Below are positions 1 through 13,287 of a stretch of DNA of 64,000 nucleotides, in pieces. A program made the translations under genes and the position numbers. This stretch comes from Octopus vulgaris (Eukaryota), in NCBI GenBank assembly GCA_951406725.2, contig OX597818.1, positions 115,878,001-115,942,000 on the forward strand, read 5' to 3'. The notes beneath the pieces were generated by a model, which ran no database searches, was not told the DNA's origin, and saw only the letters and a program-made list of their open reading frames with translations. Numbering within the stretch: position 1 is the first letter of the stretch; every line of letters starts with the position of its first letter.

Positions 1-388
1 TGTATGTATGTATGTATGTATGTATGTATGTATGTATGTATGTATGCATGTATGTATGTATGTATGTATGTATGTATGCATGCATGCATGTATGTATGTA
101 TGTATGTATGCATGTATGCATGTATGCATGTATGTATGTATGTATGTATGTATGCATGTATGCATGTATGTATGTATGTATGTATGTATGTATGTATGGA
201 TGGATGGATGGATGGATGGATGGATGGATGTATGCATGTATGTATGTATGTATGTATGTATGTATGTATGTATGCATGTATGCATGTATGTATGTATGTA
301 TGTATGTATGTATGTATGCATGCATGTATGTATGTATGTATGTATGTATGTATGGATGGATGGATGGATGGATGGATGGATGGATGGA
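1..388. repeat. (TATG)n/(TGCA)/(TGGA)n compound microsatellite
   Basis: Directly visible tetranucleotide repeats. The three overlapping 'MYVC' ORFs are artefacts. Confidence 0.98.
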
Positions 389-750
389 TTTGTCTTTGTG
401 TTGGTGCTTGTTCTCACTGCTTGACATCGGTTTATTTCCATTTCTGAACTTAGCGGTTCAGCAAAAACACAAAAATAGGATAAATATCAGACATATAACA
501 TATAATAGATCGATTTGATCCGCTGAACCCTTTCAGGTAATGCGCTATCATGGTGGTGTTTCGAAGACCGAAATCAGTAAAAAAAAAAATTATTCCCAGG
601 CATGGCTGCGTGGTAGGAAGTTTGCTTTTTAGCCATATTGTTTCAGGTTCACCACATAGCACTTTGGGCAAGTATCTTCTGCTGTAGCCCCTGGCTGACC
701 AAAAGCCTTTTGAGTGGATTTGGTACACGGAAACTGAAAGAAGCCCGTCG

Positions 751-1100
751 TAACTGCTAATAAGCCAGACCTTTTAATTTGTTGCTTGCATACGTTTTCA
801 ACGGTTTTTCTTATTAGAATGAAAGAAGTAGTTGAGTTTAACCCTAGGCGTTAAGAGCCGCTGATGGAGATTAAGATGGCCTTCATCAAAATCCGAAATC
901 GCGATCCGGCTATGTGCGCTGGGGACTTACCTCCCTTTGTCAGTCATTACGACAGTGATTTTGTGGCTTTCGAGTTATTTTAATTCTTATCTTAAGCAAA
1001 GACGGCGTTAATCAGTACCCTCTGTCAGTTTTGTGTCCCCTATTGATTTTTGCCTTTAGGTTCTAATTGCTAATAAGCTACCCTTTTTAATTTGTTTTAC
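751..1100 (+). mobile_element. Penelope-like pseudo-LTR remnant with minimal hammerhead-like motif (856-911)
   Basis: Short direct repeat (taa.tgctaataagc...ttttaatttgtt at ~751 and ~1064). AGCCG-CTGATGG-stem-GAAA-TCGCGA-TC-CGGCT resembles PLE minimal type I hammerheads. Confidence 0.5.
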
Positions 1101-1539
1101 ACACACACACTCGAAAACACACATGTATATGTATGTATATGTATATGTCTTGAATTTGTGTTAGTGTCTGTCTCCCCACCGGAGTTGGCTTGTTTACGTC
1201 CTTTTAACTAAACAGTCTGGGTAAAAAAAAGACCTATAAAATAAGTACCAGATTCTAAACAGCAAGTACTTGCTTCCATTCGTTCGACTAAACCCTTCGA
1301 AGCGGTGCTCTAGCATGGCCGTAGTCCAATGACAGAAACAAATAAAAATGGTTTGATAGTGTCTACCAACACATCTGTTTTCGAATTCTCCCATGTAGAT
1401 ACTCTTTAACTTGTTTCAGCCATGGGGCTGCGATCAGCTTGTAGGACCACCGTGGTCCTTCTCATTTCCTCTGTCTAGGGTGTTTCACATCACCACTCCT
1501 GTTGGCCCATTTGGTGTATAAGCGAATTTGATTCCGCTG

Positions 1540-1785
1540 TCCTCGTCTGCACCTAATGTCTGGTTGTTGGTTCATCCGCTATTGTGGAGAGGAAGATGTC
1601 TAGTTCATTTATGAAGACATCTATTTCCTCCTTATGGAGATTTCTTCATTTTTGTGGCAGGTCACTGAAGAGCTGTGGGCCTTTGGACCCTAGACTATTG
1701 CTGTACCTGGTCCTGAATTTAGATTGAGTGGATGGTACCTTTGGTACAATCCAATGGTAGCCAGTCCTGGCACATATATCAATAT
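1540..1785 (-). mobile_element. Degenerate CR1/Jockey-group LINE ORF2 3' end
   Basis: Minus strand translates to VPKVPSTQSKFRTRYSNSLGSKGPQLFSDLP*..IDVFINELDIFLSTIADEP, typical of such ORF2 C-termini. A similar relic (GPALFNIIP) lies on + at ~2110-2410. Confidence 0.55.
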
Positions 1786-2983
1786 TGCTCAAATGATTTT
1801 AGCATCAATTTTAAAATCCAGCCAAAACTCCCTCCCCCACCGTGTTATCCGCCCACTACAAAAATTGAACTCAAGACACATAACAACATTCTTTTCTTTT
1901 CTACTCTAGGCACAAAGCCCGAAATTGTGGGGGAAGGTTCCAGTCGATTAGATCGACCCCAGTATGCAACTGGTACTTAATTTATCGACCCAGAAAGGAT
2001 GAAAGGCAAAGTCGACCTCGGCGGAATTTGAACTCAGGGCGTAAAGACAGACGTAATACCGCTAAGCATTTCGCCCAGTGTGCTAACAATTCTGCCAGCT
2101 CACCGCCTAAGACACGACCACTTTACCTCAACTGGTCCAGCTCTCTTTAATATTATACCAAAATACACGAAAACGGAAATAGGTCCCATAAAATTCAAAA
2201 GTTCTCCGGAAGAATTTCTCAAAAAATCCCTAACCAACCTCCTACACCCGGATATGTCTCCAACAATAACAATTCTTTGCTAGAGTGGGCCATGGTGTCT
2301 TATATATGACTGAGGTGTGAATCCCGATCCAAAAAACTTCACCAGGTGGTGCTTTTAACTTAGACATGGCCTAGGCCTATACTGGCCGAAACCTAAGTTT
2401 TCTAAGTTATATATCACCAGTTCTTGGAATTTGCTATTTCTTTACATCTTTGCTCACCGATCACACAAATATTTGATTTATTCTGCCGCCTTTAGAAATT
2501 TGTAGTCTTAGTTGCTGAGCAAAATCCTATGAAATTGTGATGAAATAGTTTTACATAGTCAAGGGAAATAACTCTTCTTTTAAACTAGGAAAAGTTGTTT
2601 TGCTTTAAACTAACGTATGCTTCGCTTCTTGTCCTCATCAACGAGGCGCTTGACTTAGTGGTTAGCGTCATCGGCTCACGATCGTCAGGGCGTGAGTTCG
2701 ATTCGTGCCGGCGCATTGCGCCCTTGAGCAAGACATTTTATTCTACATTGTTCCAATCCAATCTGCTAACAAAGGTCAGCTGCACCTGTAATTCAAAGGG
2801 CTACCCTTGTCACATTCATTTCAGGTTGCATCTCCCTGATAACTACGTTAAGGGTACACTTGCCGGTGGAGCGTTCGGGCCACTCGCAAGTAAATTTCAG
2901 AAGCAAGCTGTTTCGTTGATCGGCTCAGCTGGAATGCATACATAAAACATACATTCAAATCTGCACACACACACATATATATA

Positions 2984-4285
2984 CATACATACATACATGC
3001 ATGCAAAAATACCCTGTTGTTGATGTTGAAATTCCAATGATGGAACCTTGGATCTAGGTTAGAAACCAGTTCTTTCTCTATTGGCAAGAAATCTTGAAAT
3101 AAACTGAATAATGATATACACACACATACATACATACATACATACATACATACATACATACATTCATGCAAACCTCCAGCTTCTATTCCAGACTATGAAT
3201 TCATTCCAATGATGGAATTGGAGCATTAGGTTTTTTGTTTAGTAAATGCTTAAAGGAGAATCTGGATAAATTGAGAATTTCAGAAAGAGGAATCGTCCGG
3301 CTGATTCATATATTACAAGTGCAATACCCTGTTGTTGATGTTGAAATTCCAATGATGGAACCTTGGATCTAGGTTAGAAACCAGTTCTTTCTCTATTGGC
3401 AAGAAATCTTGAAATAAACTGAATAATGATACACACACACACACACATACATACATACATACATACATACATACATACATACATACATGCATGCAAAAAT
3501 ACCCTGTTGTTGATGTTGAAATTCCAATGATGGAACCTTGGATCTAGGTTAGAAACCAGTTCTTTCTCTATTGGCAAGTAATCTTGAAATAAACTGAATA
3601 ATGATATACACACACACACACATACATACATACATACATACATACATACATACAACTTCTTCGAAACCTCCAGCTTCTATATCCAGACTATGAATTCATA
3701 TTCATACCAATATTAATTGGACCAATAGGTTTTTTTTAGTAAATGCTTAAAGGAGAATCTGTGAGAATTTCAGAAAGAGGAATCGTCGGCTGATTCATAT
3801 AACAATGCAAAGACAGTAAAAATATGCAAGACTTTTCTCAAGTTCCAAATGTGAATTTGCCTGTGTTAACTGCATCCCAAAGATGGAGCCTTGTATCTTT
3901 GCTGGATACCGGCTCCCTCCTGAGTAGAAGATGTATAAGGCTTAAAAAATTGAAGATACATACAACTTCTTCGAAACCTCCAGCTTCTATATCCAGACTA
4001 TGAATTCATATTCATACCAATATTAATTGGAGCATTAGGTTTTTTTAGTAAATGCTTAAATGAGAATATGGATAAACTGGGATTTTCAGAAAGAGAAATC
4101 GACCCGCTAATTCGTGGAACAGTAAAAATATGCAAGACTTTTCTCAAGTTCCGAATGTGAATTTGTCTGTCTTAACTACATTCCAAAGATGGAACCTTGT
4201 GTCTTTGTTGGAAACCGGCTCCCTCCTTAGTGGAAGACTTATAATAATTAAAAAATAGAAGTGACATACATACATACATACATAC
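2984..4285 (+). mobile_element. Tandemly duplicated 3'-end fragments of a Dong/R4-like (RLE) non-LTR element embedded in (CATA)n
   Basis: An ~110-bp unit occurs three times (~3007, ~3323, ~3496) and an ~300-bp unit twice plus a partial copy (~3651, ~3958, ~3171). The latter encodes YEFIFIPILIGALG...VKICKTFLKF, like RLE C-termini. Most units end in CATA repeats. Confidence 0.55.
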
Positions 4286-5799
4286 AGCCTTGGAACGGGC
4301 AAAATAGAGATCATTGTGTCAAAATGGTATTAAAAACTTTGCTGCAAACAGCATTAACAGGCAAGTAGAAAAGCAGCAGCAAATATGCAGCCTGCACTGA
4401 CCTGTAATCCACATATTTGCAACATTTGTGGTCCTCTTTGCAAATCGTTGGCGGGACTTAAATGTCACATTCAATATAAGCATTATGACTGAAAAAAAGA
4501 AAGAATGGGTTGTCAGAGCCTCATATGCCGAAACCGATGGGAGAGTCCATCAAAGAAATGCTTCTTTTCCCTTTTAACAATGCTTGTTGTTCTTGTTCTT
4601 GTTTCAACTCTGCGTAGTTATTTGTATTGTTGTTTACTTTTTAAAACATTAAGGGGAGAGGGTTGCTACCACATCACCCTCTACCCACATTTTTCCTATC
4701 CACATCTTTACCGTATGGGGCCCTAACACTATCCGATAACAGGTATAGATGCAAATCTATCTAATTACTTGTCTCCTTCTAAAATCAGTCATAACCTGGC
4801 GATCAGTCGACTTTACTTGATAGAGTGTGTTTGTTAACTTGACATGGTCAAAGTGAGCTCTGATTGGCTGTATGCAAATGAGTTCATTGCTGGGGTCCGG
4901 AACACTCGTGGGAAAAAATTTTTCACCCCCACCAAAATTTGTAAGTAATATACTGTATCACTGTGTATTATAAGAAATTTGCTCTAAGGATGGGCATCCA
5001 GTTATAGAACACTGCCTCAAAATGTCTCGAACCCTTGCCAGCACAGAAAGACAAACACAAAAATTATGTTGACAGCATTAAGTATATGAGAAATATGTCC
5101 CTACCCAGCAAGGCATAATACTCAGATTTTAACAAACAGCAAGGTAGGTCCCAAGACATCCCTAACACCATTTATTCCTCTCCCACCTTCCTTCTCCTCC
5201 TAGGGTGACTCAGTATCCCCTCCATAGTAAGACAGTTATCTTTGTCCCTCTGTCATATGCTGACTGTTCACCTGGCATACATCCACTCCACTCAGTTCAA
5301 CCATTTCTCTCAACAAAGTTGAGAGTTGCTTGGCAATCCTGCAGGGAGGCGCTGGTGCCATATGAATAAAACTTGTGCCAGTGCCACCTAAAAAATGTTT
5401 GTGCCAGTAACATGTAAAAAGCACCAAAATACACTCTGTAAAGTGGTTGGCGTTAGGAAGGGCATCCAGCTGTAGAAACCATGCCAAAACAAATGGGGAC
5501 TGGTGCAGCCCCTGACCCTACCAGCTCTTGTCAAACTGTCCAACTCATCCAGCATGGCAAAACGAACGTTAAATGATGATGATGGTGCAGAAGTAATATC
5601 TAATGGGCCTTGCCAGGTATGGATACTTAAAGCTTTTCTGTGTTGACACAGGTTCAACAGGACATTTTGAAGGGATGTTTCATAGCTGGATGCCCTGCCT
5701 TATAAAATATACATGGATGGTACACTATATGATTCTAAAAACTATTTGCTTCTTTTAAAGAAATCATAACAACCAGTTAAAGAATTTATCATTTCATTA

Positions 5800-6575
5800 T
5801 TTTTATTGCCCACAGGGGGCTAAACATAGAGGGGACAAACAGGGACAGACAAGGGGATTAAGTCGATTACATCAACCCCAGTGATTAACTGGTACTTATT
5901 TAATCGACCCCGGCAAAATTTTATACACACACACACATGTAATATTTATTTGTTTATTGCTCACAAGGAGCTGAATGCAGAGGGGACAAACGAAGACAGA
6001 CAAAGGGATTAAGTTGATTACATTGACCCCAGTGTGTAACTGGTACTTATTTAATCAACGCCGAAAGGATGAAGAGCAAAGTCAACCTCAGCAAAATTTG
6101 AACTCAGAATATAACGGCAGATGAAATACCTATTTCTTTATTACCCACAAGGGGCTAGACATAGAGGGGACAAACGGATTAAGTCGATTACATCGACCCC
6201 AGTGCGTAACTGGTACTTAATTTATCAACCCCAAAAGGATGAAAGGTAAAGTCGACCTTGGCGGAATTTGAACTCATGTAACGTCAGACGAAATATGGCA
6301 ACGCATTTCGCCCGGAGTGCTAATGTCTCTGCCAGCTCCCCGGCAGATGAAATAACTATTTCTTTACCACCCACAAGGGGCTAAACAAGGACAGACAAAC
6401 GGATTAAGTCGATTATATCGACCCCAGTATGTAACTGGTACTTAATTTATTGACCCCGAAAAGATGAAAGGCAAAGTCGACCTCGGTGGAATTTGAACTC
6501 AGAACGTAACGGTAGATGAAATACCGCGAGGCATTTTGCCTGGCATGCTAACAATTCTGCCAGCTCACCGCTTCA
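5800..6575 (-). mobile_element. Nested/tandem cluster of tRNA-derived SINE family 1 (tail A)
   Basis: Head GGCGAGCTGGCAGAA (A box) and GAGTTCAAATTCC (B box), core GCCTTTCATCCTTTCGGGGTCGATAAATTAAGTACC, tail TTTAGCCCCTTGTGGGTAATAAAG. Other copies at ~1885-2112, 9040-9395, 16029-16255, 16470-16840, 19950-20315, 37375-37748, 45195-45657 and 54290-54580. Confidence 0.85.
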
Positions 6576-8266
6576 GGGTTAGGGTTAGGGTATTAAAATT
6601 TTGATATTATTGGCTCTGGTCTTTGTTCATACAGGCACAAATAAAATCTTATACATTTATTGTGAAGAAGGAGCCCTAAAAAATGTCTTATATGCCTTAT
6701 TCAAATATGCACCACTATAGGATTTAATGTCTGGGTTAAATACTCAAGTATTTAAACCAGACATATTGAAACTGACCAGATCCAGTCTTTCACACCTACC
6801 CTACAATGTCATTCTAAAAATAAACAATCATTATCATCATCATTGTTTAACATCCATTTTCCATGCCTCATGGGTTGGATAGTTCGACTGGGGTCTGGGA
6901 AGCCAGGAGGCTGCACCAGGCCCCAATCTGATCTGGCAGTGTTTCTACAGCTGGATGCCCTTCCTAACGCCAACCTCTCCGAGAGTGTAGTGGGTGCTTT
7001 TTATGTGCCACCTGTACAGGGGCCAGGGGAGCTGGCATTGACCACAATCGGATGATGCTTTTTATGTGCCACCGGCACTGGCATTGGCCACATTCAGATG
7101 GTACTTTTTACATGCCACCGGCACATCATCAAAATTTCAAGGTTATGAGATACTTCATTAATTTTTTAAAATGTAGATAATTAAACATTATATTTGATAA
7201 ATTGATTTGAATGCTGAAGTGTTAAAACCACAGAACTTTAAACAAGACAATTTCGATAGTTTGCTTCTTGTCTCAAATTTGAGTCAGTAAATTATTTACT
7301 TCAGTAACTCTTAATAAAGCTTTCAGGAAATGGTTTTTACCGTGTTTTACACAACCCTTTCATTACCATATTTCTACTGAAATATACTTTGCTTCAATTA
7401 ATACTGAAAATAATTAAGGATTTAGTCAAATAATTAAGAATTTAGACAAATAATTATGTCAATATTAAGATGGTGCTTAGAACTTAAATTAGCATAAAAT
7501 TTTAATGGAAGATTTATTTTTAATTTCAGTTGCTTTAAAACAGGATATTTCCTAAAACCAGGTTGGTAACAAAAGGGTTAATATGCAGATCCATGCAAAT
7601 TCTCTGTTAACTAAATCTGTAATATAAAGTTGGTACCTAGACACAATGATGTACTCACTTTATACCTAGACACAATGATGTACTCACTTTATTGTATGGC
7701 ATTTAATGTCTTTGAGCAATTTTCATTTTTTTAAAGTTAAGACAAGACAAAAAGCCACTCATTTTAAGGGACTTTCAGAAAATAATTCATTGCCAATGAA
7801 AATTGTGACCAAACAAGGAATTAAATTCTATTGGTGAAGGTGCTGAAGTGTATTGATAATAGTATTTATTAGACTTCCTACCCAGTGTTGCCTGGTAAAG
7901 TATTCACGGAATTGTTTGTCAGTTTGTAGAATAGGAATTCATGGTACTTATGCATGTATGTATATTTCACCTAATTTCTGGACTTAGTTAATTGGAACTA
8001 TCCAAACAAGAGTAATCAATTTACATGAGTAGAGGCTTTTTTTTTTTTTTTTAACAATTTTTATTCTGAAAATCACTTCTTACTTTTGTTTTGAAGTGAA
8101 AGTGGGGAAAAAGTGAAAGATGTATGAACGTGTATATGAAATGGATGTGTGTGTGTGAGAGAGACAGAGAGAGAGAAAGATAGTATGCCTCTTACACACA
8201 CATGTTCACTCACTCACACACACGTGCACATATAAATAAGATGTATGCATATGTATTGATGTATAT

Positions 8267-8657
8267 AGGCGCAGGAGTGGCTGTGTGGTAAGTAGCTTGC
8301 TAACCAGCCACATGGTTCCGGGTTCAGTCCCACTGCGTGGCACCTTGGGCAAGTGTCTTCTGCTATAGCCCCAGGCCCGACCAATGCCTTGTGAGTGGAT
8401 TTGGTAGACGGAAACTGAAAGAAGCCTGTCGTATATATGTATATATATATATATATGTGTGTGTCTGTGTTTGTCCCCCTAGCATTGCTTGACAACCGAT
8501 ACTGGTGTGTTTACGTCCCCGTCACTTAGCGGTTCAGCAAAAGAGATCGATAGAATAAGTACTGGGCTTACAAAGAATAAGTCCCGGGGTCGATTTGCTC
8601 GACTAAAGGCGGTGCTCCAGCATGGTCGCAGTCAAATGACTGAAACAAGTAAAAGAG
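8267..8657 (+). mobile_element. tRNA-derived CORE-like SINE (family 2) with internal (TA)n(TG)n
   Basis: TGGCTGTGTGG A box, GGTTCAGTCCC B box, ACCTTGGGCAAGT CORE-like motif, tail GACTGAAACAAGTAAAAGAG. Copies at ~9740, 18935-19545(-), 35600, 36785, 42218, 42765-43148(-) and 51628-52002(-). Confidence 0.8.
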
Positions 8658-10928
8658 TATATACTTACACATGACAACACACCCCTTCACTCACTCTCTT
8701 TCTCTTTCACACACACACACATGTCTATTTCATATGTTTGTACATACATCTTACACTTTAAAACAAAAGTAAATGAATAATAAATTTTTACAGAAATTAA
8801 TGAACTCTGGATGATGAAATCGCATTCAGCTGAAAATATTTCAAAATGATTAAAATATTGTGTACATCAAAAAGTCAATGGTTTTTTTTTTTTTGTCTTC
8901 TTAGAGAGCATGAAGACAATGTGTGTGTATATGTCACAGGTAGCGAACGTGTGTTTGTGTCAATTGACATGCCATTATATGTGTGTGTATTCTGTACGTG
9001 TGCTGACATCATGGAAGCCATGTATTTTTTCAAGACGTAACAAAATTTGCCTTTCATCCTTTCAGAGTTGAAAAATTAAGTATCAGTTGCATACTAAGGT
9101 CAATCTAATCGACTGGCACCCCCTCCCCCAAAATTTCGGGCCTTGTGCCTAGAGAAGAAAAGAATCTTCTTCAATGCAAAGGCAGCAAGCTGGCAGAAAC
9201 GTTGGCATGCCAGGCGAAATGCTTAGTGGTATTTCGTCTGTCTTTACATTCAAAGTTCAGATTCCTCCAAGGTCAGCTTTGCCTTTCACCCATTCGGAGT
9301 TGATAAATTAAGTACCAGTTGCATACTGGGGTCGATCTAATCAACTGGCTCCCTCCATAAAACTTTTGGGTCTTGTGCCTACAGTAGAAAAGAATAACCA
9401 CTTGTAACTGTTGTTAATTACTACATCAAAAATACAAACTCAGGTAGCCTGTTGCTCAGGTAAGTCCTGTATAGTTGCTATTCTCACCAGAGTATCAAGA
9501 AAATCTTGTTTCTGTTCTTAAATTACTTTATGTTAATTAAGAAAGTGATGCACAGTCAGTCGGCTGCACCATAAACTGTATAGTACAGAATATATTAGTA
9601 TTCAATATCGGTAAATTATCGGAAATTTATGTTGAGTAGTTATTTTGTGGTGCATAAATAAGCACAAAAAGTTTTTTCAATTTTTAGGAGTAAATAGAAT
9701 AATTAATTAACCAAAAGCTAAAATTTTATTAGCACAGGTACAGGCATTGCTTCCCAACCACATGGTTCTGGGTTCAGTCCCACTTGAGCAAGTGTCTTCT
9801 ACTATAGCCTTGGGCCCAAACAAAGCTTAGTGAGTGGATTTGGTAGACGTAAACTGAAAGAAGCTCATCATGTATATATATATGTGTGTGTGTGTGTGTG
9901 TTTGTGTCTTCCCTGACCCCACCATCACCTGAAAATCAATGTCAGTGTGTTTGTGTCCCAGTAACTTAAGTTTGGCAAAAGAGTCTGATAGAATAAGTAC
10001 TAGGCTCACAAAGAATAAGTCCTGGAGTCGATTTGTTCAACTAAGCTCCAGCATGGCCACAGTCAAATGACTGAAACAAGTAAAAGAATCATCATCATCT
10101 TCTAACGTCCGCTTTCCATGCTGGCATGGGTTGGACGATTTGACTGAAGACTGGCGAACCAGATGGCTGCACCAGGCTCCAATCTGATCTGGCAGAGTTT
10201 CTACAGCTGGATGCCCTTTCTAACGCCAACCAATCTGAGAGTGTAGTATGAAAGAACATAATGCGTATGACTGTTTTCCGGCCAAACAATCCGTTTCTAT
10301 GCTTTACCATTTTACAAAAATGGACACCTCACACAACTAGAGGACCCAAATTTTACTGATAACTTAACATTGTTGTTTTGCAGTCATCACCAGATGCTGG
10401 ACAAGAAACTGAAACTATCAACAACTTTGAAGAAAGCTGGACTACAAATTCTGATAAACATGACTAGTGATTTCTTTATTACCCACAAGGTAATTCTGAT
10501 AAACATGACTAGTGTAAAACCAGTAAACCTGGAGGAGGTGAGGGCTTTCACATACCTGCACAGCATTGTTGTACACACCCAAAAAGAAATAAATAAAATA
10601 GCACCACAGCAGACAAGGTAAGAATTGGCAAAGCCTGGCCAGCTTTTCTGTAGCTTAATTGAAGAATATCTCATGCTCCAGAATTCAAACCATACCACTA
10701 AGGATCAAATGTTAAAACAGTGGTAAACTATGAGGCAAAATCCAATGGCACTGACTAGACAACTCACAGGAAGGAGCAAATCTTCCTAAACAGCTGCTCA
10801 GTTCTCTGGTCATATAAAACCATCCACATTGATCTCTAAGGACTCTACATGAGATTAACATGGGGTAACTGACACACTATGAACACCAGTAACCAGCAAT
10901 ACCAGTGAAGTCTTTACATGGAATACTG

Positions 10929-12344
10929 GGGCTACTGCAGTTTTGCACCTCTCCTTGAAAAATGCAACCCCACTCCCACCAAATTTTGAACTTTTTCGAA
11001 ATTTTTTCCCCTTTATGTTTTAGATGACGGAGATTCCAAATATGCAAGAAACCATGGTTTCAAAATTTTAAATTCAATGAGCATATAGATAGGTGTATAA
11101 AGAGATAGATATGAAAGTCCTCATGGGGCGAAAAACAACAGGACCGTCACATTTAGTTGACAAATATATTTTATGAATAAACAGACAAACAATAAATAAA
11201 TAAATGGATGAATGGAAGTTCAAAATTTAAAATTGGGGAAGGACGTGAAATTTGAGCCCCTTATTAAACTTTTTAACATTAATTAATTTATATCATTAAT
11301 TATTTAACTTTATAACATTAATGCTTGTTTCTCATAAAATGGTGTATTTAATTTACATTAAATTCTTATTTACACAAGTAAAACGCAAAATCTCTTCACT
11401 TTAATGCTTTTGTCAGGATTTAATTTCGATTTGCATATGCTTGTCAATTCGCTACAATTTCTTTCAAGTAAACAAAACCAAAAATTATAATTAGGGGGAG
11501 GGGGAGGTAGGCTAAATTAAAAAAATTTTTGATCTCCAACATCTAAAACATAGGAATTTGCAAAAAATCTGATAGGGTTCAGTATGGTGTCATCTCGCCT
11601 TTCCTCTTCACCACACTCAGATGAAAGAGGTATCAAAAATTTCTTTTTGGCTACTCGCTCTATCCCACCGAAAAGCCAGAGAGTTTTTGTAAGTCTTCCA
11701 AGATTATATTTTCTTCTTACCATAACCATCTCATCAATATCTACTTCGACTCCTGGCCCACCGATTTGATCCTGGTAATTCTCTACCCAATGCTGACAAA
11801 CCTCTGAACAGAAGGATCGCCAATCAATCGAGGTCGGATATGAAATCTTTAAATTCTCCATAACTAATGCATGCGACCAACAGTCTGTGAGATAGTTTAC
11901 AAATAACAGAACTTTACAGGGTGGTATCTGACTCCACTCCGAAAAAGTGTTGTTGTATAGGTATATGGAATATCCACATTGCGTTGGCCTTTGTCTTCAA
12001 CGGCGAACAGTCCTTCAACATCGGAAGATGCTTGTGCTTTCACGGAATGTACATGGTAAATGACATCTAGGGCAATCTACTGTACTGGGAATAACATTGT
12101 GTTTGCAAAAGAAATCTAGTGCCTCACTGTCATTATTAAATCGGCAAATTCCATCTTGTGATGTTAATTCACATGAATTGCAAAGTGCCATTCAGTTGCT
12201 GAAGGCCAAATGTATAATACAACGCTACTTTTTTTTTGCTTTTTTGCCTGGGTCAGACCCTCAGACGCTTTCGGAAATTCACGATGAAAAACTTTTTTTA
12301 AAAAACTGCATTTTTCAAGGAGAGGTACAAAACTGCATTAGCCC
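10929..12344 (-). mobile_element. Merlin/IS1016 (ISXO2-like) DNA transposon, defective
   Basis: ~38-bp TIRs (GGGCTAcTGCAGTTTTGcACCTCTCCTTGAAAAATGCA and its reverse complement at 12307-12344). Degenerate ~8-bp TSD (ggaatact/tgaatacc). Transposase remnant IGGPGVEVDIDE..RRKYNLGR..WLFGGIER with upstream CPRC zinc ribbon. Confidence 0.85.
11517..12160 (-). pseudogene. Merlin transposase pseudogene (frameshifts, stops, truncated DDE domain)
   Basis: ORF 11517-11861 carries DDE_Tnp_IS1595-type motifs. The N-terminal part upstream is in broken frames. Confidence 0.75.
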
Positions 12345-13287
12345 TGAATACCCAAGAGAAGAAGTTGACCAAGGAGTACAGGCCTTCTGATTGATGCAAA
12401 AAGAAAAAAAAGCAGGGTACACTAGAGATCAAGTAGAGAGCATAGCCCAGGACAGGAAAGATTGAAGAATCGTTGTCATTAGCTTCAATAAAGACAATGG
12501 ACGAAGATGTGAAATTAAAAGAAAAAAGTGAGAGTAGGATGATTGCCACTGATTAAAGGTCTGCTAAACAAGGCTGACCTGTAGTGAAGTAACACAAAGG
12601 AAATTCATATCCCTTGTCTTTGGGCAAACCACAGCTACAATTGGGAAACATCAGTTTCAGCCAAGTGAACCTGTAAAAAAAAAAAAAAAAAAAAAAAGTC
12701 TGGCTTGAAAACGTGGTCAATATAAAGATCCTCACCCGGGAACAAAAAAAGGAATTAACCAGCCTGGTGGGTGTTAATAGGTGTGTGGAAAACGAATATG
12801 AAAAGACAAATGCACGCCGACGAACCTGGGGAGGGGGAGGGGACTTTCGGAAAATTCACAAGATCCGATTTTTCCCTAAAAAATTGGAGTAAAATGGATA
12901 TAGATTTTTTTTTTTTGCGGATTCCCACGTTTTTGGTTATGGAGGATCCGAATCTGAAAAAAAAAAATTTCAATTTAGATCAGTTGTTTTCAATCACTTT
13001 TTAACCAGATTTTACTCAGGTGGACCCTATAGCCATTCGATGTTTAAAAATTAATTTTATAGAAAATTCTTCCAAAATACGTAATTTGTTTGTTACACGT
13101 TCAATCGCGTAGGCTGAACTTTGTAAAAAGTTAAAGAAACCAAGTGGCTTCTTGCAATAAGAAACATCCAAAGCAAAAACTTTTCACGGACCCTTAATAT
13201 ACTACTGTGAGTCCCTTATTTACTATTAAGCTTGCGTGGACCCCAAAGAACTTTTATATGGACTCCGGTTGAGAAATGTCCATTTGG

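Larger units (their letters stand above)
10385..12555 (+). mobile_element. Degenerate RTE-clade LINE 3' part, interrupted by a Merlin element
   Basis: LEEVRAFTYLHSIV and RIGKAWPAF (10.5-10.65 kb). The TWN motif is split at ~10927 and resumes after 12345 with AQDR..*RIVV. Confidence 0.65.

Noticed and set aside
4-518. MYVC-repeat ORFs
   Set aside because: Stop-free translation of a tetranucleotide microsatellite.
6575-6591. TTAGGG repeats (also ~13320)
   Set aside because: Only 2-3 units inside or next to repeats, so not a telomere.
7634-7692. 29-bp perfect tandem duplication
   Set aside because: Ordinary slippage duplication with no functional signal.
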